64,000 nucleotides of DNA from Eledone cirrhosa (lineage: Eukaryota), in assembly GCA_964016885.1 (NCBI GenBank), contig OZ024741.1, positions 136,400,001-136,464,000 of the forward strand. The letters are read 5' to 3'. A model generated the notes under the pieces. That model ran no database searches. It had not been told where the DNA came from and saw only the letters and a list, made by a program, of their open reading frames with translations. Each line of letters opens with the position of its first letter. Positions within the stretch are counted from its first letter, which is position 1. Made by a program: the position numbers and the translations under genes. Below, piece by piece: positions 1-13,039 of this stretch.

Positions 1-269
1 AGAACGACGAAACCAACAAGACCGAATGATGGATAAATTGAGAATATTAGTAAAAGGCTGAAATAAGTATATATATATTATATATGAGAGATACAATTAA
101 ATTAAATTCGGTATCCTGTTGTTAACTTCCCAACTTGTATTTCGTAACCTTCATTCAACCTGGTATAATCAGACATGATACATCCCATCAAAAGAACATG
201 CTCCAATTTCATATCGGGTAGGATTATTATTATTATTAGTAGTAGTATTAGTAGTAGAAGTAAAAGTGT

Positions 270-466
270 GGTGGTTTGGAAGAATCGTTAGATGAAATGT
301 TTTGTATTTCGTTGTAGCCCCTTACGTTCTGGTTTCTCATCCCAACAAGTTTAGTTTTACCTTTCAACCTTGCAGGGTCGACAAAATAAAGTACCCTTAA
401 TGCACTGTGGCCGATTTAATCGACTTTCCCCTCCCAAAACATTGTTGGTCCTGGGCCTAAATCAGA
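270..466 (+). mobile_element. tRNA-derived SINE family A, diverged copy
   Basis: Degenerate match to the window's dominant SINE (GGGTCGACAAAATAAAGTACC...AATGCACTG...TGGTCCTGGGCCTAAA). Confidence 0.65.
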
Positions 467-472
467 AAGCAT

Positions 473-610
473 TTGGCAGTATCGGTAGAGGGTCGGACGC
501 CATGCTTTGCAGCATAGTTACGGCCCTTTATGATCTGAGTTCAAATCCCACCGAAGTTAACTTTGCCTTTCATCTTTACTGGCCTTGTGCCTATATAAGA
601 AACCATTATT
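473..610 (+). mobile_element. tRNA-derived SINE family A (internal deletion)
   Basis: A-box-like TGGCAGTATCGG, B-box GAGTTCAAATCC, core GTTAACTTTGCCTTTCATC, tail GGCCTTGTGCCTA..AGAAAC. Confidence 0.8.
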
Positions 611-1159
611 AGAAGACAAAAACAAAACAAAAAAAAATAAATGTCCCTGTCAGAAATCTTCGAAATATATTGCTAAGCAACATGATTTCATGAAGCACAC
701 GCTCACCAATATTAAGAATAATGAGTTGCTCTACGAAATGTTTGAAAAACTGAGGTAAACCCATGGAATATATCAAAGGGCAGGGATAAAAAGGATTACA
801 GCTGATAGCTCTTTTGACAACAAATGAATTGTGCGAAGAGATAAAGAAAATGTGGATGTATTTTATTGATGAATTCTCCAGCTGATGGTAATCATTTTCA
901 GCTGATTTGACGAGAGTAACGTATAATGAAGTGTTTTGCCATCCGTACATGATATCGAACCCGTGACATTACCTGCCTAAAGACAACACCCCCTTCACTA
1001 GAAATAAATTATTAAAATTCCCCTGCTATAGAATTCCTTAATGCAATCCATAAAATGCAAATTACCCAGTTTGTATGATTGTTTATATGTCCGGTTATCC
1101 TGGTATATATGACATAAACAATCCTAAACAACAAAAAATTAAATAAGTTTTGCAGTGTA

Positions 1160-1380
1160 GGTTCGTGGCCTAGTGGTAAGTATGATGAACTTACGATCTT
1201 AATGTCATGGGATTGATTCGTAGATTGCTCAAGTAAACTTACCTGAAAATGAGTACTGGTAGTAGCTGTGGAGTTAACCATGTGATCGTCCAGAGGTACG
1301 AGTCTTGTACTTTCAGTCCCTTCATGCGGCAGAAACCGAGTTAAGCACTGGCCGGGTGAGCTTTCGGGCTAAAAACAGAC
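1160..1380 (+). mobile_element. tRNA-derived SINE family B, diverged
   Basis: TGGCCTAGTGGTAAG head, CTTACGATCTTAATGTCATGGGATTGATTC, similar to copies at 33232 and 32800. Confidence 0.55.
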
Positions 1381-1832
1381 TTTCGATTATCTATTGCCAA
1401 TATTGAGGGTGCTTGTACATATACACACACAACACACACAGGCACACAGGCACGCATACATACATCTTTTTGTTAAGTAGACAATTGATTGATCATGCTA
1501 TACATATGATTTGAGGTGATGAACACATGATCAATCATGTTGGCTACTTCGTAGAAAGTTTGACAGGGTTTAGACCAGGAATAATTTGAAGTAAAATACA
1601 TAGAATCTGACACTTAAACAGTATATGGTGAATATAAACATGATCCATGAATTTGAACTTATGTTTTCATTATATCATCCATGCGATCTCAGATATTTTT
1701 CAAAAAAAAAACACACACACACGCACATATAATAGGGTTGTATTATTTGGCTCTGTGAACTCACCACAGATATGTCAGTAGCAATGTATATTTTTACATG
1801 CTTTTGTGTATATATACACACACACATATATA

Positions 1833-1897
<65 letters not shown>

Positions 1898-1900
<3 letters not shown>

Positions 1901-2228
1901 TGACGAAACTATGAACTCATAATCCTTTATTTACTGCTATATATATTTAGATGATAGCCATTGAATGACTATGGCCTCATCAGGCAGTTAGTCAGTTCTT
2001 AGATAATCCAGCTCTGTGTTTATAGTGTTGATGGTATCAGAGCCTTGGGACATATGAGCTTGTTAGGAATAATTTAATGTTGTCATCAGGAATAGTCTTA
2101 ATTCTCATTGGTCAATTTGTAGATGCTAGTAGGGTTGGTATTTGACCTCAAAGAGGCACCAGGTGTTGCAAAGTTCAAACCATCAGGCAAGATGACAATA
2201 GTTCCAACATGACTGATTTTCACAAAAA

Positions 2229-2231
<3 letters not shown>
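1898..2231 (-). mobile_element. PLE-type pseudo-LTR module between (TA)n tracts
   Basis: Unique sequence bounded on both sides by (TA)n; carries a hammerhead-like motif followed by AATAAA on the minus strand. Confidence 0.6.
1933..1988 (-). ncRNA. minimal hammerhead ribozyme, one core mutation (GAAA>UAAA)
   Basis: Minus strand: ACTGC-CTGATGA-GGCCATAGTCATTCAATGGCTATCATC-TAAA-TATATA-TA-GCAGT-AAATAAA; helix I ACTGC/GCAGT. Confidence 0.65.
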
Positions 2232-2287
<56 letters not shown>

Positions 2288-2288
<1 letters not shown>

Positions 2289-2744
2289 TTACGGTAAATA
2301 TTTATGAAATTCAATTCAAGCACTGAACGTACTTTTTCCACATAATGGAGTATATTTAGATCAAGAAAATGCGAAGTAGTTTCAGATGTTAAAGTCCTAT
2401 ATTGAAAAGGCTGTACCCAATGCCATGATCTAATCAGACAGCTTCTTACATAATAATTGAGCGGGCGAAGGCTTCAAGAACATAATCTTTCTCCGTTGCC
2501 TTGTCGTTTCAATTTGGATTGTCTCGGGAACGTAACCTTATTATGTAAGAAGCTGTCTGATTAGATCATGGCATTGGGCACGCGGAATCGCGTGGCCACT
2601 GTCGTCATTAAAATATGTACCACAGCCTTTTCAATAAAGGACTTTAACATCTGAAACTACTTCGCATTTTCTTGTTCTAAATATACTCAATCATGTGGAA
2701 AAAGTACGTTCAGTGCTTAAATTGAAATTCATCAATATTTACTC

Positions 2745-2748
<4 letters not shown>
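2288..2748. mobile_element. fold-back (inverted pLTR) element in (TA)n
   Basis: Arms ~2296-2457 and ~2538-2742 are reverse complements with scattered mismatches; the left arm lacks ~40 bp present in the right arm. Confidence 0.85.
2552..2626 (+). ncRNA. degenerate hammerhead ribozyme
   Basis: GCTGT-CTGATTA-long stem (CACGCG GAAT CGCGTG)-AAAA-TATGTA-CC-ACAGC, AATAAA at 2633; helix I intact, about three core changes. Confidence 0.5.
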
Positions 2749-2790
<42 letters not shown>

Positions 2791-2794
<4 letters not shown>

Positions 2795-3093
2795 AAAACA
2801 TGTAAAAATATATTCTGAAGATTTGGTCAGAGGTAAATAATGTAATTCATCTGATCAATGAAACAATTGTTAATACCTAAAATAAAGCCCCTTGTTGTAC
2901 AGCCAACCATGTTACTCTGCATTCTTTCACTATTATTACTCCAAGTATAACCTCCATAGGAATTACCGCGAACTCGCTGCCTAACTATGGAAGCATCTTG
3001 TTAAGTCAAACAAAGCCGTACGTTAAAACTATCCACAACGCAGAGTACTCACAACCTCTAACTGGATTACCTATAACTATAACTTGTTATCCC

Positions 3094-3095
<2 letters not shown>
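2791..3095 (+). mobile_element. solo PLE-type pLTR module in (TA)n
   Basis: Hammerhead, AATAAA at 2881, GAGTACT at ~3043, then (TA)n. Confidence 0.7.
2811..2875 (+). ncRNA. minimal type I hammerhead ribozyme, intact core
   Basis: TATT-CTGAAGA-T-TTGGTCAGA...TCTGATCAA-T-GAAA-CAATTG-TT-AATA; palindromic helix III ACAATTGT; predicted GUU cleavage at 2871. Confidence 0.8.
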
Positions 3096-3183
<88 letters not shown>

Positions 3184-3299
3184 TATAGTTTTAGTCATGT
3201 ACCTGTTCCTGCCATCCAGCAGAGGCCATGCTGAGGCACCACTCTTTTTGATTTATATTCTATACACACCCTGTGTTGGCTGGCAATTGATGTAGGAGA

Positions 3300-3620
3300 C
3301 AGGTCTTTGCTGCTGCAATTAAGTTATCTTCATTCCGTGCATTGGGTTCATCTTGGATAGCAGAGTGTCAAGTTGTTTTTTGAAACATCCACGTATACAC
3401 CATGTCGATTTCTCAAGTTTCTTGGCAGCATATTAAAGAAATTTGGCCTTTGAACCCTAGGTTATTGCAATATCTGCTCCTAAAGTCTAGGGTTTGTCCA
3501 GCTCTCAATACCAAAGTGTGGTGCTAGTCCTTCTAGGATCTTCACATGTATATTACTGCGTACCAAGTTGTAGAGTTTTGTTCTTTTAGCCTCTCCCAGT
3601 AGCTCATCATCGTGGCAATC
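3300..3620 (-). mobile_element. CR1/L2-like LINE ORF2 C-terminal fragment (decayed)
   Basis: Minus strand reads, with frameshifts, MSYWERLKE...YAVIYM*KILEGLAP...FNMLPRNLRN, resembling the CR1-group ORF2 C-terminus. Confidence 0.65.
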
Positions 3621-3771
3621 TATATATATATAACAATATTTATATATAGAGATCATATATATATATAAGAATATATATATATATATAGATCATATATATA
3701 TCTATATATAACAATATATATATATATATAGATCATATATGTATATATAACAATATATATAACTATATATA

Positions 3772-3800
<29 letters not shown>

Positions 3801-3802
<2 letters not shown>

Positions 3803-4152
3803 GAAAGGGAGGTTTTTTTTACAAAATCAAAAATAACCGAGGTGTCCTACACGAGTGAAAGTATAAAGAAAAAGAGATGAAATCGAAAATGCAACTGGGG
3901 TCTTATTTAAAAAAAATATATATATATTTATTTGGTTCCTTTACCGGTTTCACAGTTCTTCTGCTTTTCAAAAGGTGAGTTGAGATGGAGGGTCTGTGGT
4001 TTTTCTCAGATGTGAGAAAAACCACAGACCCTCCATCTCAACTCACATTTTGAAAAGCAGAAGAACTGCGAAACCGGTAAAGGAACCAAATAAATATATA
4101 TATTTAAAAAAAAAATAAGACTCCAGTTGCATTTTCGATTTCATCTCTTTTT

Positions 4153-4159
<7 letters not shown>
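3801..4159. mobile_element. fold-back pLTR element (family B) in (TA)n
   Basis: Arms 3862-4008 and 4013-4159 with a 4-nt loop; extra tail 3801-3861 on one arm only. Confidence 0.9.
4046..4083 (+). ncRNA. minimal hammerhead-like motif with variant core UUGAAAA (mirror at 3938-3975 on minus)
   Basis: C(C/A)TT-TTGAAAA-GCAG AAGAA CTGC-GAAA-CCGG-TA-AAGG, AATAAA at 4089. Confidence 0.65.
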
Positions 4160-4189
<30 letters not shown>

Positions 4190-4542
4190 CTATATATATA
4201 TATATATTGTTATATATATATATTGTTATACACATATATATATATATATATATAATATATATATATATAACAATATATATATAACAATATATATATATAT
4301 ATATATATATAACAATATATATATAACAATATATATATATATATATATCTATAACAATATATATCTATATATCATATATATATATAACAATATATATGTA
4401 TAACAATATATATATATAACAATGTATATACATTATATATATATATATAACAATATATATGTATAACAATATATATATATATAACAATATATATATATAT
4501 ATATATATAACAATATATATGTATAACAATATATATATATAT

Positions 4543-4574
<32 letters not shown>

Positions 4575-4741
4575 CAATATATATATATATAGATCATATA
4601 TATATATGTATCACAATATATATATATAGATCATATATATATATGTATAACAATATATATATATAACAATATATATATATATAGATCATATATATATATG
4701 TATAACAATATATATATATAACAATATATATATATATATAT

Positions 4742-4780
<39 letters not shown>

Positions 4781-5328
4781 TCATATATATATATATATAA
4801 CAATATATATATATAACAATATATATATATATATATATATAAATATATAGATCATATATATATATAACAATATATATATAGAGATCATATATATAGATCA
4901 TATATATACATATAACAATATATATATATAACAATATATATGTATAACAATATATATATATATATATAACAATGTATATATATATAACAATATATATATA
5001 TATAACAATATATATGGATAACAATATATATGTATAACAATATATATATAACAATATATATGGATAACAATATATATGTATAACAATATATATATAACAA
5101 TATATGTATATATAACAATATATATTGATAACAATATATATAACAATATATATATATATAGATCATATATATATATAGATCATATATATATATAACAATA
5201 TATATATAACAATATATATATATAACAATATATATATAACAATATATATATATAAAAATATATATGTAAAACAATGTATATATATAACAATATATATATA
5301 TATGTGTGTATAACAATAGATATATATG

Positions 5329-5377
<49 letters not shown>

Positions 5378-5383
<6 letters not shown>

Positions 5384-5528
5384 GTGAGGTTTTTTTTACA
5401 AAATGAAAAATAACCGGTGTCCTACACGAGTGAAAGTATAAAGAAAATATATATTTATTTGGTTGCTTTACCGGTTTCGCAGTTCTTCTGCTTTTCAAAA
5501 GGTGAGTTGAGATGGAGGGTCTGTGGTT
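5378..5528 (-). mobile_element. family B pLTR, single arm with tail and internal deletion
   Basis: Near-identical to 3801-4000 apart from a deletion; flanked by (TA)n. Confidence 0.85.
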
Positions 5529-5627
5529 ATATATATATATATAGATCATATATATATATATAATAATATATATATATAACAATATATATATATCAATATA
5601 TATGTATAACAATATATATATGTAGCA

Positions 5628-5792
<165 letters not shown>

Positions 5793-5824
5793 TATATATA
5801 TATATATATCATATATATATATAT

Positions 5825-5863
<39 letters not shown>

Positions 5864-5876
5864 TATATATATATAT

Positions 5877-5968
<92 letters not shown>

Positions 5969-6069
5969 TATATATATATATATATATATCATATATATAT
6001 ATATATATATATCATATATATATATATATATATCATATATATATATATCATATATATATATATATATAT

Positions 6070-6129
<60 letters not shown>

Positions 6130-6154
6130 CTTATATATATATATATATATATAT

Positions 6155-6220
<66 letters not shown>

Positions 6221-6245
6221 TATATATATATATATATATATATAT

Positions 6246-6322
<77 letters not shown>

Positions 6323-6938
6323 ATCATATATATATTATATATATATCATATATATATCATATATATATATATCATATATATATATATCATATATATATAT
6401 ATCATATATATATATCATATATATATATATCATATATATATATATCATATATGTATATATAACAATATATATATAACGATATATGTATATATATAACAAT
6501 ATATGTATATATATAACAATATATGTATATATATAACAATATATGTATATATATAACAATATATGTATATATATAACAATATATGTATATATATAACAAT
6601 ATATGTATATATATAACAATATATGTATATATATAACAATATATGTATATATATAACAATATATGTATATATATAACAATATATGTATATATATAATATA
6701 TATATATATATATAGAGAGAGATCATATATATATATATAGATCATATATATATATATATATACAACAATATATATGTATAACAATATTTATATATATAAC
6801 AATATATATATATATAACAATATATATATAGAGAGATCTATATATATATATATATAGATCTATCTATATATATATATATATATAGATCTATCTATATATA
6901 TATATAGATCTATCTATCTATATATATATATATATATA

Positions 6939-7412
6939 TATGAAACATAAGAATCAAAGAACTGTTCAAAACATTATTGTGCTTACAGCTGTTTCCTCCA
7001 AACCGAGGTTTGGATTCTTCGGAGCAATTTATTAATGCATGGACAGTTATATGACCTCCTTTTCAGCCGAGAGACATACCAATACATATTCAAACATTGA
7101 ATATGTATTGGTATGTCTCTCGGCTGAAAAGGAGGTCATATAACTGTCCATGCATTAATAAATTGCTCCGAAGAATCCAAACCTCGGTTTGGAGGAAACA
7201 GCTGTAAGCACAATAATGTTTTGAACAGTTCTTTGATTCTTATATTTCATATAACTGCTCTGTAAATCATCTGTTTTTACATTGAGCTACTTAACTTACT
7301 GGTAATAAGGTAGTAATACAATACTGCCTACCACTATTTAGGGTGTGTGTAAAATACTTACATCTGCTTAAGGTTTTGTATTTACATAACCATAAATGGA
7401 ATAACTAATACT
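6939..7412. mobile_element. fold-back pLTR element (family C) in (TA)n
   Basis: Arms ~6939-7093 and 7097-7253, 3-nt loop, one visible mismatch; tail 7254-7412. Confidence 0.9.
7164..7210 (+). ncRNA. minimal hammerhead ribozyme, CCGAAGA core (mirror at 6980-7026 on minus)
   Basis: TGCT-CCGAAGA-A-TCCAAACC TC GGTTTGGA-G-GAAA-CAGCTG-TA-AGCA; helix III palindrome ACAGCTGT. Confidence 0.7.
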
Positions 7413-7449
7413 ATATATATCTATATATATATATATATATATATATAGA

Positions 7450-7511
<62 letters not shown>

Positions 7512-7645
7512 TCTATCTATATATATATAGATCTATCTATATATATATAGATCTATATATATATATATAGATCTATATATATATATAGATAGATCTATAT
7601 ATATATAGATAGATATATAGATCTATATATATATATATATATATA

Positions 7646-8007
7646 TAACGGAGGAAATGTGGTAAGGAACCAGGTGGACCATAACGCACCAAAGTACTCA
7701 ATACTTAGGGTAGTAGAGTGGGTAATAGGAACGAGTAGGACCCCGACGGCTGAGCTCAAGCCGTTTCGACGGCTAATTCTGGACTAAATGAAAATTTTTA
7801 TCCTGGTATTTGAATAGCCGAGCTTCTCAAGGGGTAATTCCATATATGGTAAAAGTGATTGTCACAAATATTGGTCAAAAGTTTTTTGTTGAGACATAAT
7901 AATTCTATCATGGCAATTTGTGAAGGGAAGGGGTAGCTGAACCTGCCAGTATGAGAAAGAGGGAGAGGGGTGGAAGAGACCCAGTCATGTGTTGATAGTC
8001 CCGACTA
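7646..8007 (-). repeat. inverted 5' pseudo-LTR of PLE1
   Basis: Reverse complement of 10918-11280 with few substitutions. Confidence 0.92.
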
Positions 8008-9070
8008 AATATTCTGACATCACCACAGATGAAATTCACATCATTCTCACCGCAAGAAAAACCATGTTAGAATTCAACAATGAATACTGGACTAGAGCCG
8101 ATACTTCCAACAACTTTGATATCACAATGGGTGCTTCCGATTCATCGCAATTGACTGATTTGATTGGTATTTTTATTTTGAATTCTTTAAATAGGAAAAT
8201 TCGTCAACTTCGTGGTGGAATTTATCGTGACGATGGATTTTTTACTATCTTAAATTGCAATTTAGTTAACCTTAATATTATTAAGAACAATATACTTGAT
8301 CGCTTTAAGCAACATAACTTTAAAATCGAATTTGATAACAACGTAAAACTAGCTAACTTCTTGGATATATCCCTTAATCTTGACACTGGCCTATATTACA
8401 CTTACCATAAAACAATGAGAATCTAAATTATGTTAATTTTAAATCTAACCACCCCACTAACATTAAAAATGCTATAGTCAGTAATATTGGAAAAAGAATA
8501 TCAAACCTATCCTCTAATAAAAATATCTTTGACGCTAACGCCAATTACTATAATAATTGTTTCTACTTTTTGGCAAAAGGCCAGCAAATACCCAGTACAT
8601 TACTGGTACTTTATTTTATCGACCCCGTAAGGATGAAATGCAAAGTTAACCTCGGCGGGATTTGAACTCAGATCATAAAGGGACATAACTATGCTAGAAA
8701 GCATGGCGTCTGACCCTCTACCGATACTGCCAATACGCTTTCTAAAGCCGGTTATCCTGATAAAATTAAATACAGTAAAGAAACCAATCCTAGAAGGTCT
8801 TACAGTAAAATAATTAATTATGATCATTCCAATAACTTAAATAAAAGACCTAGATACAAAAATATAATCTGATATAATGCTCCTTTCTCTATTTCTATTA
8901 ATAATAATATTCCTAAACTATTATTTAGGACCTTAGATAAATGCTTCCCTCCCTCACATATCTATAGTAAAATCTTTAACAAACATACAATAAAACTTTC
9001 CTATTCCACCTCCTCCAACATCTGTAACATTATCTCTGAACACAACAATAAAATATTAAATATTAAATCA
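8008..9070 (+). pseudogene. PLE reverse transcriptase C-terminal half and thumb (frameshifted, SINE-interrupted)
   Basis: FDITMGASDSSQLTDLIGIFIL, GGIYRDDG, NFLDISLNL, SNHP, YYN..LSKAGY, NII*YNAPFS, KIFNKHTIKLSYS motifs typical of PLE RT. Confidence 0.9.
8555..8732 (-). mobile_element. SINE family A inserted into the PLE1 ORF
   Basis: Nearly full SINE in reverse; the PLE frame (YYN / TLSKAGY) resumes on either side. Confidence 0.9.
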
Positions 9071-9287
9071 CATCCTTCCAATACTGGGCGTCATAATAAT
9101 AGCAGTAGTACTCCCGACGTCATTGTTAACTCTAGGTTATATTCTGCAAACTCAAATACGACGTCAAACGTAACTTCGTTGTATGTTCATAATACCAATC
9201 TAAATCAGCAAACTATTATTCCTATCGTAAATAACTTCTCCAATCCAATTCCTCCTATAAATAACAGTAGTACACTTGTTAATGTTA

Positions 9288-9360
9288 TCGGGTTCGATAC
9301 AATAAAGTACCAGTAATGCACTGGATAATTAATGGCCTTGTGCCTAACGTAGAAACAACT
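9288..9360 (+). mobile_element. SINE family A 3' fragment followed by (TA)n, replacing the PLE1 Cys linker
   Basis: GGTTCGATACAATAAAGTACCAGTAATGCACTGG...GTAGAAACAA. Confidence 0.8.
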
Positions 9361-9361
9361 A

Positions 9362-9448
<87 letters not shown>

Positions 9449-9459
9449 ATATATATATG

Positions 9460-9502
<43 letters not shown>

Positions 9503-9513
9503 ATATATATAAC

Positions 9514-9552
<39 letters not shown>

Positions 9553-9554
<2 letters not shown>

Positions 9555-9959
9555 CATTATATCTACCAGTGCAACGTGAGGACGGACACCTCCAACAAAG
9601 CTTATATAGGATTAGCCGCATGTGACTTCAAGACCCGGCTATACCAACACAGACATACCTTCCGAAACCCGGCCCGGCGTCACGCCACTACACTTTCGGG
9701 CCACATAGGGGACCTCAAGGATAACAATATTACCTATGATCTCACTTGGAGCTTACTGTCTAGAGCCAACTCTTACACGGGAGGACGCCGTCCGTGCAAT
9801 TTATGCTCGGAGGAAACTTTACAAATGCTTTTCAAATGCTTTTCGATGGACCAACTCCTAAACAAGAAAGATGAACTGGTAACTGCATGTAAACACAGAT
9901 TGCGTAGGACTAACCTCGCTCTCAAACCCAATAGTGACCGGGGGGGGGGGGTAGACTAG
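9553..9959 (+). pseudogene. PLE GIY-YIG endonuclease domain
   Basis: (I)[33 protein letters not shown]...W...CNLCSEE...LLNKKDELVTACKHR. Confidence 0.9.
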
Positions 9960-10917
9960 GGCTATAACACCCCACTTGCCGATTTTGTAATGGGTAACTC
10001 CTGCTTGCAAAGGTCGACCTAAGATCTTCTTTTATATCTTTTTATCACTTCCTCTATATTTCCTTCTTCCCCCCATCCCTCCCTAGTCCTTTCACCCCAG
10101 TCCTCTTTCTTTGTCGTCGTCCTTTTACTTTCTCGCCCACCCGAGGCAGCCCCTCGGTCCTTTGTAGCCTCAGTACCCCCAAGCTCTTCCCCTATTCTAT
10201 GATAGATTTGGCTGACTCCGCTTTTTATAGCAGATGTGTTAGACCCCGGATACTTGCCTTCTTATCCGATGGCTGCCCCTTTTCCGTGCTTTCTATATTT
10301 CCTAGTGGTATCTTTGTTTTAATTTCTCGTATATCAGTTGTTTTTTTTGGGGGGGGTGGGGATTCTGAATTAATTTTCCGTATCAAATTTTACATATACT
10401 TCGTACGAGCATTTATGTAATCTGCACTAGAATTTTTGTATCGTGGCGGCACCCTTAGAGATAGTGTTCGAACTCTTTTTCGGGATTCTGAATTATTATT
10501 TCTTATTAGTTTTTTTTTTTTTTTGCACTGGGTGGTTGCTGGCCTTGTGCCTGGGGTAGAAACCTTTATTTCGTACTGGTCTCGGGACTCTGAATTATTA
10601 TTTCGTGGTAGTTTCTTTAGTATTTTGGCCCCCCACTTGTTGACCTGCCAACGTAAGATATATTCGGTTGTTTACTTATACCTCTTAAAAGGGTCTCATC
10701 ATAATTCCGTCCCACCTAGTGAACCTTTCTTTAGTCTAGCAGTACCAGTGAGAGAATTGATAGCTGTCCTTAGGTTATAGTAACCAGAAATTTTTTTTTT
10801 ACATTTAATTGTTTTTTAACACTCTCGGTATTTTTCTATATATTTACCCCATATTGTTTTACTTATTGTTTCGTCTCCCCCCCCCCCAGGTATCTTCTTT
10901 GACCTCCTGCCCAGCTG

Positions 10918-11280
10918 TAGTTGGCACTATCAACGCACGACTGGGTTACCGCCACCCCCTCTCCCTCTTTCTTCTACTGGCAGGTTCAGTTACCCCTTCC
11001 CTCCACAAATTGCCATGATAGAATAATTATGTCTCAACAACAAACTTTTGACCAATGCTTGTGACAATCACTTTTACCATATATGGAATTACCCCCTGAG
11101 AAGCTCGGCTATTCAAATACCAGGATAAAAATTTTCATTTAGTCCAGAATTAGCCGTCGAAACGGCTTGAGCTCAGCCGTCGGGGTCCTACTCGTTCCTA
11201 TTACCCACTCTACTAACCTAAGTATTGAGTACTTTGGTGTGTTATGGTCCACCTGGTTCCTTACCACATTTCCTTCGTTA
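10918..11280 (+). repeat. 3' pseudo-LTR of PLE1
   Basis: Matches the inverted 5' copy; carries a hammerhead and TTGAGTACT at ~11225. Confidence 0.92.
11091..11186 (+). ncRNA. hammerhead-like motif with a true helix III (variant core CUGAGAA; mirror at 7740-7835)
   Basis: ACCCC-CTGAGAA-G..CGGCTA...TAGCCG.C-GAAA-CGGC TTGAGCTCA GCCG-TC-GGGGT. Confidence 0.7.
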
Positions 11281-11312
11281 TAACATATATATATTATATA
11301 TACATATATAAC

Positions 11313-11365
<53 letters not shown>

Positions 11366-11432
11366 TATATATATATATCATATATATATATCATATATAT
11401 ATATATATATATAACATTATATATATATATAA

Positions 11433-11549
11433 GAGTTCAAATACCGTCGAGGTTAACTTTGCCTTTCATCCTTATGGAGTCGACAAAATAAAGTACCAGT
11501 AATGTACTGGTTATTTTGCTGGCCTTGTGCCAAAAAGTAGAAATAATTA
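11433..11549 (+). mobile_element. SINE family A, 5'-truncated
   Basis: GAGTTCAAATACCGTCGAGGTTAACTTTGCCTTTCATCC...AAGTAGAAAT. Confidence 0.85.
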
Positions 11550-12099
11550 TGTATATATATAAATATATATATATCATATATATAACATCATATATATAGC
11601 ATTAGATATATATCATATATATATATAACATTAGATATATATCATATATATATAACATTATATATAGATATATATATATATCATATATATAACATCATAT
11701 ATATAGCATTAGATATATATCATATATATATATAACATTAGATATATATCATATATATATAACATTATATATAGATATATATATATATATATATATGTAT
11801 ATATCATATATATATATAACATTATATATATTATATATATATATATAAAATTATATATATTATATATATGTATATATAACATTATATATATATATATCAT
11901 ATATATAACATTATATATATTATATATATATATATATATAATGTTATATACAATACATATATATATATATATAAATTATATATATATATATATGTATTTA
12001 AATTTTTCTTTTGCAATATATATACAGATGTGTTGGTATCTGTGTTTCATCACTTACATATTAATTTATATATATGTATGTATCTTATATATATATAAC

Positions 12100-12138
<39 letters not shown>

Positions 12139-12681
12139 TATATATGTGTATTGTATATAACATTATATATATAGATATATATATATATATATATATATCA
12201 TATATATATATATTGTATATAACATTATATATATATATATATATATATATGTATCATATATATATAACATTATATATTATATATATATATATATCATATA
12301 TACATATATATCATATATACATATATATCATATATACATATATATCATATGTATATATATATCATATATATATATCATATATACATATATATCATATATA
12401 TATATATCATATATATCATATTTATATATATATATCATATATACATATATATCATATATATATATCATATATATATATATATATCATATATATATATATA
12501 TCATATATATATATATATCATATATACATATATATCATATATATATATATCATATATACATATATATCATATATATATATATATATATCATATATACATA
12601 TATATCATATATATATATATATATCATATATACATATATATCATATATATATATATATATATATATCATATATACATATAT

Positions 12682-12720
<39 letters not shown>

Positions 12721-12733
12721 TATATACATATAT

Positions 12734-12764
<31 letters not shown>

Positions 12765-13039
12765 CATATATACATATATATCATATATTTATATATATAT
12801 ATGTATATCATATATAGATATATATCATATATATATGTATATATATATATATCTTATATATATAGATATATTATAACTTTAATTATATCTCATAAAATAA
12901 TACAACTGGCTTTCCACAAAATATATATAGTTAGCACCCGAAACACATAAATTGGGTTATACTAACATATAACCTAATGTTTGTTGAGTGAGATGGTTGC
13001 CAGTCGGAGTTTAGCGTTAAGCTATCTCTGTTATTGTAT

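Larger units (their letters stand above)
7646..11280 (+). mobile_element. Penelope-like retroelement 1, 5'-truncated, with inverted pLTRs
   Basis: RT and GIY-YIG remnants; 7646-8007 is the reverse complement of 10918-11280; (TA)n on both sides. Confidence 0.92.

Noticed and set aside
654-753. Exon-like open frame KSSKYIAKQHDFMKHTLTNIKNNELLYEMFEKL
   Set aside because: Poor polypyrimidine tract, weak donor, and no recognisable homology.
9553-9959. Selenocysteine recoding as in Naiad PLEs
   Set aside because: No in-frame TGA at conserved Cys positions in either endonuclease remnant, and no SECIS was recognised.
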